Below, piece by piece: positions 12,380-23,350 of a DNA stretch of 64,000 nt; the first letter of the stretch is position 1; each line of letters begins with the position of its first letter. A program made the translations under genes and the position numbers. The notes beneath the pieces are model-generated. The model ran no database searches. It was not told where the DNA came from and saw nothing but the letters and a program-made list of their open reading frames with translations. Origin of the DNA: Gracilinanus agilis (taxonomy: Eukaryota); assembly GCF_016433145.1 (NCBI RefSeq), contig NC_058130.1, positions 417,088,228-417,152,227 of the forward strand. The letters are read 5' to 3'.

Positions 12380-14190
12380 TCATCTTCTTTTTTTTCTTCC
12401 TGTAGGATTATACTCAGTTTAATTGGGTGAACAATTCTTCATTATAAATCTATATTCTTTGTCTTTTTTAATATACTATTTCAAGTTCTCTGTTCCTGTA
12501 GACTTCTGGTAGCTAAAACTGCTATGATCCCGACTGGTTCATCAGCCTTGAAATCTTTCTGGCTTTCTATAATCTTTTTTTTTTCTTTCTATCACCTAGA
12601 AGATCAAGATTTTGGCTAGAATGTTTCTGAGAGTTTCCATTTTGGGATTTCTTTCAGGAAGTCACTGATATATTCATTGTTTTCGTTTTACCTTCTTTTT
12701 CAAAGAAATGTGAGTAGTTTTCTTTCATGATTTCTTGAAATATTATGTTTAGTCTCTTTCAAGTTCATGGTTTTCATCTATTCCAGTGATTCTTAAATTA
12801 TTTCTCCTTGATCTGTTTTCAAGGCCAGTAGATTCTGATATGAGATATCTTACATTTTCTTCTTTTTTACATTTTTAAACTTTCTTTTAATATTTATGGT
12901 TGCCTCATAGAGCAATTAATGTTTATTTGATCAAGGAAGCTGTTGCTTGCTTAAGGTTATTCCCCCTTGTAGTAAGCTATTAATTCTCATTTTATATCTT
13001 TTTTGTGTAGTTCTTATTCTTCCCCCTATTCCAATTCTTTGGTCTAACAATTTCATTTGTAAAGTTATTTTTAACTATCTTAGTAATTTCTTCTACATAT
13101 TCTCATTTAATTTGTGTCAAAAATGTGCTTTCTTTATGGATTTATTTGAAGATATTTTGGCATCATTCTATTCTTCTAGGTCTCTCTCTTGGGCATCCCT
13201 GTTACCATAAAAGCTCTTTATGTGAGATTTATTTAAAATTATTTGTCTAGCCTTACAACTCAGATTTGAACTTTGGGTAAGGGACAGGCTTTGGATACTT
13301 CTAAGTGAATTACTTTTTTTCATGGTCCTGTTTTATATTCTTTTGGGTCTTCTTGCATCTGCTTTCTCTAAGTATTATATTTTTCAAGGATCTCAGGACA
13401 CCTAGGCTAGGGACCTGAACTTTTTTAGTGTTCCCAGAATGTCTGAAAGAGGGTTAAGTTAGATTGTTAGCCTTATGGTCTAAGCTTTGGAAGCTAATTA
13501 ACTGGTTTGAATTTCAGCCAAATCACTGTGAGCTTGCCCATGTTTGGATCTCCAGTGGATTGCAGTTGGTTCCAGCCACTTTCATCTAGCTGAAAAGTTA
13601 TTCAGAGCAAGAGAACTGTAACCTCAACATTAGTCTGTGTTCCTTGTCCTGTTTAGTCCATTACAGGCTTCAGACTGGTCTATGGACTGGATCTGAGATG
13701 ACATTATTTTTTTAGAGGTCAGAAGTGTACAGTGATTTCTCAATTCTGTTTTTATTCTTTACCCAGTGTATAGCCTCAGACTACTAAACACTCTCTGACC
13801 TGGATTACCAACTCAATCTCCTCAGTCAAGACTGGATCTGTGACCCAGCTCTAGGGTTTGAATGACAGTTACCAGTTGGCACCTGTTTCTGTTCTTTGAA
13901 ACAGTGCTAGAACTTATGCTCTTTCTTGCCCCCATACGTTGCCCCAGGTTCTAATTCAGTCCCTGTATTGAAAGACACCACCTCGTACCTTCCTAGCTAG
14001 AAACCATCCTGAGTATCCAAAGTTGTCTATGTCTTCTATTTCACTCCAGGCTGGAAAATGACAGGGCACTTTTTCCTTTAATGTCCTGATCAGAACTTAA
14101 TCTGATGCACTTTCTAGGTCTTTATGGAGTAGTTGTTAAAGGGAACTGGAGTTTACTGCTTCCTCCAATTTTACCATTTTGGCTGGTATT
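12380..14190 (-). mobile_element. Old L1/HAL1-like ORF1 plus 5'UTR remnant
   Basis: T-rich antisense ORF1-like sequence (GATTCTTAAATTATTTCTCCTTGATCTGTTTTC) and terminal ACCATTTTGGCTGG motif similar to other L1 5' ends in the window. Confidence 0.5.
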
Positions 14191-15084
14191 CCCTAATGTG
14201 ACTTTGTAGAGAAATAATTTAGAGATAAATTATGTGTAATAGATCCCAAGTGCAGGAGTTATTTAGAAAATGGTGAGATAGATTAATAAAGTCTGGAGTG
14301 CTTTGGGGAAGCTTCAGAGAAACGAAAGGATTTGAATTGGACATTACAAAATAAGGAACATCAGAATATGTGAAGGAAAAGAAGAAAGCCATTTTACATG
14401 GATATGATGCAAATGTTGATGATAATTATAGAATAAAGGCATGAATATGGTATGAATAACTACTTTGTAAGGAAATTCTCACTATCACTATGATATTAAG
14501 ATATTAAGACTTAAAGTCTTAGAGAGTTTCTCATAGCACTAAGAATTTAAGTGGCTTGCCCAGACAGTAGGTTTCAGAACCTAGGTCTTCCTGGCTCTAA
14601 TACCAGATCTCTATCCTCTATGTTAATATTCCTCTTACAAAGATGAACAAAGGGACAGTGGAGGGAAGGCATATGCTATGTCAAGAGGACAGTGGAAAAA
14701 AATAGCATAACTGAAACAGAAATGGGTGTTGCAGGACTTTATTTTAATGAGCAGACACAAGTTGTAAATCAATATGGCAGACAGAATGGAGCTGTTGCAC
14801 ATTCCTCAGCATCATATATTGGCAGTCTGTTATTAAATGTAGTGATGATGCAAAAATTTGCCTTTTACTTTCACTATTATCTCTTCCAAAACATAGCCAA
14901 CCCCTGAAAGACAAGGGCCACATTTACTTATTTCATAAGCTCATTAGCAGGCAGAAAATCCAGATCCTGGTCAAATCTTAGTGACTCTTGAAATGCTAAT
15001 AAAATAAAATAAATCTGTCTAGATAAAGGTTTCTTTTGTGACTCATTGTTCTCCCATTTGGAAACAAAACCACATTGGAAATTG

Positions 15085-15270
15085 AGATTTCTGTTCTAGC
15101 TTTGGCTCAGTCATTTACTCATTGTGTAGCTTTTGACAAGGTATTTGATCTATCATGGTCTTAGTTTCCTCATCTGCCAAATGGGGATAGTAAAACCTAT
15201 TTCATAAGGTTGCTGTGAGGACAAAATGAAATAGTATCTATCAAAGGGCTTTTGAAAAGTATAAGTAGTA
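15085..15270 (+). mobile_element. MIR
   Basis: TTAGTTTCCTCATCTGCCAAATGGGGATAGTAAAACCTATTTCATAAGGTTGCTGTGAGGACAAAATGA. Confidence 0.65.
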
Positions 15271-16504
15271 TACAAATGGGCAATATCATGCATTTATTAA
15301 GGGCTACAATTTTCTCTTCTTTTTATTGCCATTGCAAATTGGAACACTAATGCCATCATATCTTAGCTGTATTTCATAAACTTGACTCATGGTATCTCCC
15401 ATGGGATAGAAACTTATGGGAACCCAACAAAGCTTAAGATTTAAATGAACTTAAAACAGATTTATTTTTTTAAAACCAAACATAAAAATTCCTCTGCAAA
15501 CAGCTTAAAACATTATCTTGGATTTCTCTGAATAGTTTTTGGCTGAATACATTTTTCATTGATTTCCTCTTATTCAGCTCGCTCTCCCTCTTGCTAGCAC
15601 CCTCTCCCTTTCCAACTAGTTACCTTACATCTTGCTACAGGATTCAGATGCCTGAGTGGTCACCATACCCCAGTTGACAGCAGCCTCAGAAATTGTGCTC
15701 TTTGTAAAAAACGATCAAGGCTTGGCTCAGAGATAATCCAATCAGTATTAGAGTTCATTATTGTAGCAATGGAGAGAAATAGAGCATTCATAATTTGGTT
15801 AAGGAGACTCTTAAACTTTGAGGCCAACTGTTAATTGGGATGGAAGAAAATCATTGGCTTTCTTAGCATCTTAATCCTGGTAGAAAGCACTGTATAGTGC
15901 ATATTTTCTACAAGGATTTCGGAGGAGAAGGAGCACAGGAGAACAATACAGCATGTCCTTGCAAACATAGAGCTTTCAGTCTCACGGAGTAGAAACCATA
16001 ATGACAAGAAGAAAACTAATACTTTGGTTTCTATTCCTTTATTTGATCCTTTCTCCCCTCAAGTCATCTATGATGTCATATTTTTGTAGTGCCTTTCTCC
16101 TTCTACCTTCCTCTCGCAGATACTCAGAAATCTACAATCAAATATTCTATGAAGTTCTATCCTTCCTGCATGACATCAAGAACTCATCTTTTTTTCAGAC
16201 TACTTCCCTTACTTAAACTCCCCTCCTGTATTTTCTCAAAGACCACCTCAGCTACCGTTAGCCCTAAAAAAACTGACAAAGTGATGAAGGCTAATAATAG
16301 CTTAATGTTAATTTTTCTGAAAAAGATTTTTACTTTCACCTTTAGGAGGAACTTCAGGAAATAAAACGCTTTAACCCAGGGTGAAATGTCATGCAACATT
16401 GCAAACCAGTTTGGAAAACAGGTTAGAGCAACCTTCTAGCTATTCTTCAAATCATAATATAATAATAATGATGATAGTGAAGATGATGATAATGATGATG
16501 ATAA

Positions 16505-16745
16505 TTAACATATACATGCTGTTTACTATATGTAGGATAATTTCCTAAGCACTTTATAATTATTTTCTCATTTGATCCTCACAAAGTCCTGGAAAATATC
16601 TCCATTTTATAGATGAGGAAACTGTGGCAAACAAATTAAATGACTTGTCCAGTATCACCTAGGTAGTACATGTATAAGGGCAAATTTAAATTCAAGTCTT
16701 CCTGACTCCCAGCTTAGCACTTTATCCATTGTGCTATCTCGCTGG
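16505..16745 (-). mobile_element. MIR
   Basis: CTCATTTGATCCTCAC...CCATTTTATAGATGAGGAAACTGTGGCA...AAGTCTTCCTGACTCC. Confidence 0.7.
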
Positions 16746-17280
16746 CAATTTATGCACATTCCCTAACTGTACTTTATGTAAAAAAAATTCTACAACTTTT
16801 AGTATAGACTACTCTCCATTTACTACTAACAAGGCACTCTAAAAGGTAGCATAATTTTTCACTTCGAGGTGGTTACAGTCTGAAGAACAGAAGACATATG
16901 TGCAAAAATAACTATAATCCTGGTCAGAAAATAATTAAGTACCTAGAAATGTTTAAAACAATTGACATGCAGAATTCTCAACTGAAAAAAATAATGTCTA
17001 TCAAAGGAGATGTACTTGAGCTAGGCCTTGAAAGAATAGAATTTTAATATTAAAAAAATAGAACTTGAAGTCAAAGATTCGATGGCAAAAAGAATATAAA
17101 AATGTATTGACAGGAGAAAGTAAAAGATTGGATAAAAATGATCATTGTACTTTATCTGTTGCATAGAGTACCAAAGGAAATATAAATAGGGAAGTTCAAG
17201 TTCTAGCTGGCTTTGAGAGCCCATTATTAAATTTTTATTATGATCATTTATCAGAAATCATCAATCCTTACATATTAAGT

Positions 17281-17842
17281 ATAAAAATAAGAGGCTAGGA
17301 GACTCTTCTGGGTAAAGATCTGGCTTTATTACACCAGAGAAATCACATGGCCAGAGGTCTTCAGGCAAAACTGAGACCTTGCTTTGGAAAAAACATACAC
17401 ATTTTTAGTTTCCCATTTCTCCCCATCCTCCCCTTGGCAAGAGATCCCCAGTATTTCCACTGCTCATTCCAGAGGTCAGTCTTCCAGTGCAGGATTTCCA
17501 GGGCCAAAACTTCCCATCTCCTAAGCTCCATGGCCTCTGGGGGACTTCCTTTTTCCTGGGTGTGCTAGCTTGCCTATGTTATATTGTTGAATGGATTAAC
17601 ACATTTCTGATTAAAAAAGTATTTCACTTAAAAATTATGTGGTAACACACATAAAATTATTCTAACAATACACAAGTTTTAAGTTATAATTCAGGTATTA
17701 TTCTGGGACTACATTCTTAATCTGTTTATATATGCAGATTTTTGCCTGGACTAAATTCTTACTATAAAATCACACTGTTATGTTTTTAAAAATCACACTC
17801 CAAGCACTGATTAAGCTATTAATGATTGATCCCCCTCCTTCA
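17281..17842 (-). mobile_element. ERV LTR (putative 3' LTR of the provirus)
   Basis: Clear paralog of 27001-27614 in the same orientation. Minus-strand AATAAA at 17325-17330. Purine tract AAGGAAGGG immediately upstream on the minus strand (PPT-like). Confidence 0.75.
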
Positions 17843-17982
17843 ACCCTTCCTTAAATTACTGAGGCTTAGGTCAATTACAGACAAAGCATGGCACAGATTT
17901 CTATACTGGGCATTCCTCTACAATCAATGCTAAACCTGAGGAGGCATTCCTTTGTCAAGGCGCAAAGTTACAACTGAAGAAG

Positions 17983-18595
17983 TGTAACATGAATAATCTT
18001 AAGTGGGGTGAACTACCTCACAGAACTCCACATTACCTCCAGAACTCCAGGAGAGAGGGCAGTTGGGGCAGTTAAGAATGTGGGAATAAAAGCAGTACAC
18101 CCAGCTTGGCACTCTTTGGGGAACAGAGGGAGCTGGGTGGCTGGAAGGGGTAGGATTACTTCTCAGTAGCTTAGTTTATCTGTAACCCAGAGAGTAGGGT
18201 GGATCATTGCTACATACTCCATATAGACTCTATCCAGACTGATTCCCTAAGGCTGTGAGCACTGTGACAAAACCTTGCATGCAGTGTCCCAGCCAATACT
18301 AAACAAGTATAGATTTACAACCAAGACCATCACTACCATCTTGGACTTATTTGATTTTATAAGATAGTTTAGGTTGTGAGAGAGTTTAGAGAGAAATAGT
18401 TTAATTCAGAGGCTTTCCCCTGTGGAGGATAGCTACTCTGACAGCACCTTGAAGATCATAGATAGATTTTACCTCACCCTCAAACCTAGACCTTTACCCT
18501 CCTTCTCATTTTCCCTGAATTAATAAATTCTTCCTCTTGTTAAGAGTGTGTGAGTGAGGTGTTGTGGTTGAGGCTATATAAACCCAGTTCAAACA
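17983..18595 (+). mobile_element. Solo LTR of a second family nested in the provirus
   Basis: Starts TGTAACA, has AATAAA near 18521, and shares CCAGAACTC..AGAG.GGGCAGTT with the LTR at 27987. The right boundary is approximate. Confidence 0.5.
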
Positions 18596-19274
18596 TTACC
18601 TAAGGCAAATCTCCATCTTGGCATATCCTGAGAGTAGTTGAGATCCAGTGATTAAGAAAGATGGTTAAAGACATCCTGAGCACTTTACCTATCTTGAGCT
18701 TAGGGAATAAGCCTCAATCAGTGGAAGTTGTCAATTTTTGTGGGATAATTCCCTTTTTGCCAGTCAATTTAGCCTCTGAAAACTAAGTCACATAGGAGCC
18801 ATTATTGGACAAGAGGATTTCTGTTAGTAGCAGTTGTCTGAGCCTTCAACTGCCAAGGGATGGGGAGGAGAAAGAATTGCATCCACTCACTCCCCTCTCC
18901 CTGCTAGAGGCTTGAGGTTTCTCTGAGCCTCCCTGCAACTGTGCTTGCATACTGGTCCTCAATCTTTACAAGAGAGAAGGAAAGAGAATGGTAAGAGGTC
19001 TCTGGAAATGGAAGTATCAGGGATGCCTGGTGATGGATGTTGCTGAGTTGACAGTTGTTGATCTGAGAAGGTGGCAATCTTCTCTTCTTGATGGTTGACC
19101 ACAGGAAAGAGGGTTCTTGGCAGTAGCTGCAGAAAGCTATGCTCTGAAGATGGGGTGCATGGGGTGATTGAATACTGGTTCCAGTAAGGAATAAAGACTG
19201 CTGGTGTTGATAGCTCAGAGTTATAGGAGTGGCCTAGAAAGGAAACTCTGCAACCACACATCTATTGTATAGAT

Positions 19275-19481
19275 CAGTGATGGGCAAACTTTTTAAAGAG
19301 GAGGCCAAAGGAAAGGAAATGCTCGTCTGTAGGTCTGTTTCTAAGGCAACTCTTTTGAAGTTTCATTGTATTGTATCCTACTCATTATATTCATCAGATT
19401 AGGAATAATGTCTCGAGGCTGGATAGAACATTTCAGGGGGCTGCATCTAGCCTGCGGGAGGCCGTAGTTTGCCCATTGCTG
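19275..19481 (+). mobile_element. hAT/Charlie-type MITE (207 bp)
   Basis: TIRs CAGTGATGGGCAAACT / AGTTTGCCCATTGCTG. Perfect 8-bp TSD GTATAGAT at 19267-19274 and 19482-19489. Confidence 0.92.
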
Positions 19482-19789
19482 GTATAGATGGTTCTTCAAG
19501 TTTAATGGATTTTATATCTATCTGAGTCAATACCTGACTTATTAACAGGTAAAGCCCAACACATCACAAGGTCAAGAGCAATCACTATTCTCCAGATTCC
19601 CATAATGGGACTTGGATGTGGATGTACAAAAGAGAGACCACAGTCCTGGCATAGTGGTATAGTGGGCAGTATTTGTTACAATTCTCTTCTTAGAAAAGGA
19701 TGTAGCTTAGTTTATAGCTGAGAGACAGAGGGGACAGAGGACAGGGAGCTTAGAAAGCCTCTTCTTCATCTTATCCACTCTTTGAAGCT

Positions 19790-20115
19790 TGGGCATTTTT
19801 AGTGTGAGATCAAGGAGTCCAAGAGTTTTTCCCTTCTACCTTAATGGCAACTGGGGATATCAACAATACCTGGAATGGACCTCCGATGCTGGATGAGGAC
19901 TTCCATTCCTGTGGCAGTTTTTGATATAGTTATTATCACCTGGAAGGGTGGCCACCAAATGCAACTTTCCTTAAAATATGTTAGTTATAGGATTGATATG
20001 TGTGATGAGAATAATATGTGCAAGTAGCAATAAAGAAAATGCCAGGAGCAACCCAAAGCTGTTTGATTGTGTCTACCATTCCATAAGTTCCATAATGTTT
20101 TATTTTTTTGTGACA
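19790..20115 (-). pseudogene. pol: Degenerate class I (gamma-like) ERV integrase remnant
   Basis: Hand translation: H..(fs)HYGTYGMVDTIKQLWVAPGIFFIA (zinc-binding region), then LPGDNNYIK..(fs)..GGPFQVLLISPVAIKVEGKNSWTP*SHTKNA, similar to MLV-type [30 protein letters not shown]. Confidence 0.75.
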
Positions 20116-21197
20116 TGTAACAGGAGCACAATGAAGCTAAGATCAGGCTTATAACAATAGTTTAGGTGAATTTATAACATTGCAGAAACCCTTAAATCCA
20201 AAGACAAGGAAACAGGAAGACAGGAAACCTTACTTTTAAGTTACATTAGACAAACACACTAAAAGTGAAATACAAAAATTTAAACAATATGATTTAAAAT
20301 CTTCAACAATGGAGTTTCATAGACAATATAAGTGTAAAATTATTATTTTCTTAATGAAAAGATAAGAGAATGATAGGAAAGTTTCTGTAAAATGATGTAG
20401 TATTTGGACAGTAATTTCAGACTAAATTACTTAGTACTTTTTAAAAAAATTAATTCTGACAAAAGTATAACAGAGGATCAATTTGGATATCACTGAAAAC
20501 TCTTTCAAACTTTAATTCACTTTTTCCATTATTCAAATCATTAATGATGTTTAGCAATATCAAAACCCTTTTAGTAATGTATTTAGTGCTATATTAATAG
20601 ATTTTGCATTTCAGTTAACCTTTTATTATTAACTTATCATGTTTTGCTTAATTTAACAAATCTAAGGTCATTAAAGAACATGATATTATTGAATCTTATA
20701 TAACTAACAATAGGATCTCAGAGAACAAGATTTCTCTTTCTATGCTCAACCAAGTGGATTTTAGTATTATTATTGGAATAAATAATTTTACCAGAATTCA
20801 CAGGATCAATTAGTATCTGCCACCCTGAAAAGTTTGATGAAGAGACATTTTGCGAGCATTGAATAATGATTTCCATATTCTGAATCTAAAGGTTCTCTAA
20901 TTTTCAAATTCTACATTTTGAGAGCACAATTCAGAATTGAGATTTATCATTTTAAAAGTAGTTCAGTGAAAACTTATAAATGTATGTATGTTTATATAGA
21001 TATAGATTATAGATATATGTATATTTTCAAATAGTAAAGATTTTATTATTCAAAAATTTCTGACCCTCAAGCTGATCAGACTGAAGGTGGAGGCAGCTTG
21101 AAAGCATTTGCTGGAATTAAAACAGATAATACCAAAAAAAATTTTTTTAAAGGAAAACACTGGAATAGAGTACCTATCTTTTTTCTATAAAGAAAAA

Positions 21198-23350
21198 GTG
21201 TTTCTCTTTCTACCTCTTGCTGCTGTGATGTGTTGGAAATATATAGAAATGCTGATGATTTATGTGCATTTATTTTGTATCCTACAACTTTACTAAAGTT
21301 GTTGATTATTTCTACTATCTTTTTAGTTGATTCTCTAGGATTCTTTAAGTAGACCATTATATCACCTGCAAAGAATGATAGCTTAGTCTACTCATTGCCT
21401 ATTTTAATACCTTCAATTTCTTTTTCTTCTCTAATTGCTACTACTAGTATTTCTAGTACAATGTTAAATAATAGAAGTGATAATGGGCATCCTTGTTTCA
21501 TGCCTGATCTTATTGAGAAGGCTTCTAATTTATCCCTATTGCATATGAGGCTTGTTGATAGTTTTAGATATATATTGTTTGTTATTTTTAGGAAAGGTCC
21601 TTCTATTCCTATACTTTTCAATAGGAGTGGGTGTTGTATTTTGGCAAAGGCTTTTTCAGCATCTATTGAGATAATCATGTTGTTTTTGTTGGTTTTCTTG
21701 TTGATATGGTCAGTTATGTGAATGGCTTTCCTGATATTGAATCTTCCTTTGCATTCCTGGTACAAATTCCACCTGATCATAATGAATAATCCTTGTGATC
21801 ACTTGCTGGAGTCTTTTTTTCCTAGTATTCTGTTTAAGATTTTTGCATCTATGTTCATTAAGGAGATTGGTCTATAGTTTTCTTTCTCTGTTTTTTATCT
21901 ACGTAGCTTTGGGATCAGTACCATATTTGTATCATAAAAGGAGTTTGGTAGAACTCTTTCTTTGCTTATTATGGTCAAATAGTTTGTATAGTATTGGAAT
22001 TAGGTGTTCTTTGAAGGTTTGAGAGAATTCGCTTGTGAATCCATCTGGTCCTGGGAATGATTTCTTAGGGAGTTCTTTGATGTCTTGTTCAATTTCTTTT
22101 TCAGACATGGGATTATTTAAGTATTTTATTTCTTCTGCTATTAATCTAGGCAATTTATATTTTTGTAAATATTCATCCATATCACCTAGATTGCTATATT
22201 TATTGCCATATAATTGGGCAAAATAGTTTTTAATGATTGCCTTGATTTCCTCTTCATTAGAGCTGAGGTCTCCCTTTTCATCTTTCATACTGATGATTTG
22301 GTTTTCTTCCTTCCTTTTTTTAATTAGATTTATCAGTATGTTGTCAAATCTATTTGTTTCTTCAAAGTACCAGCTTTTAATCTTATTTATTAATTCAATA
22401 GTTCTTTTGCTTTCAATTTTATTGATTTCTCCTTTAATTTTTATAATCTCTAATTAGGTCTTCAATTTGGGATTTTTAATTTGTTCCCTTTCTAGTTTTT
22501 TTTTATTTGCATGCCCAGTTCATTGATTTTTGCCCTCTCTAATTTGTTAACATATGCACTCAAGGATATAAATTTCACCGTGAGTACTGCCTTAGCTGCA
22601 TCCCACAGGTTTTGGTAGGATGTCACATCATTGTCATTTTCTTCAATGAAATTATTAATTTTTTCTATGATTTCTTCTTTTACTATCTGATTTTGGAGAA
22701 TCATATAATTTAATTTCCTATTAGTTTTTGATTTGCCCATCCATGTGCCCTTAGTGATTATTATTTTTATTGCATTATGATCAGAAACGTTTACATTTAT
22801 TATTTCTGCTATTTTGCATTTGTTTGCTATGTTTCTATGCCCTATTACATGTTCAATCTTTGTGAATGTACCATGTGCGGCTGAAAAGAAGGCGTATTCC
22901 TTTTTGTCCCTATTTATTTTTCTCCACATATCTATTAAATCTAATTTTTCTAGGATTTCATTCACCTCTCTTATCTCTTTCTTATTTATCTTTTGGTTTC
23001 ATTTATCTATATCTGAAAGAGGAATATTTAGATCTCCCACCAGTATAATTTTTCTTTTATTTCCTTCTTGAGCTCTGCCAGTTTCTCCTTTAGGAATTTG
23101 GATACTATGCCATTTGGTGCATACATGTTGAGTACTGTTATTTTCTCATTGCCTTTACTGCCTTTTATCAGGATGTAATTACCTTCCCTGTCTCTTTTAA
23201 TCAGACGTATTTTTAATTTGGCTTTGTCAGAAATCATGATTGCTACTCCTGCCTTCTTTTTCTCATTTGAAGCCCAAAAGATTTTGCTCAAGCCCTTGAC
23301 CTTAAACCTGTGTATGTCCACCTGCCTCATATGTGTTTCTTATAGACAAC
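21198..23350 (-). pseudogene. Disrupted L1 ORF2 (APE endonuclease plus reverse transcriptase)
   Basis: EN motifs KKAGVAIMISDK, LNMYAPN, SDHNAIK. RT motifs [42 protein letters not shown]. Confidence 0.92.

Noticed and set aside
9780-14190. Possible third core-less L1 (3' half plus ORF1/5'UTR)
   Set aside because: The halves are separated by MIR and MAR1 copies and may be unrelated fragments.
16184-16399. Minus-strand ORF with a hydrophobic stretch (KLLLAFITLSVFLGLTVAEVVF)
   Set aside because: No recognisable homology. T-rich DNA readily yields hydrophobic ORFs.
3740-21198. The two large L1s appear complementary (one ends ~25 codons before the other's ORF2 resumes)
   Set aside because: They differ in age, 5'UTR and decay, and the first has its own TSD. 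Treated as coincidence.
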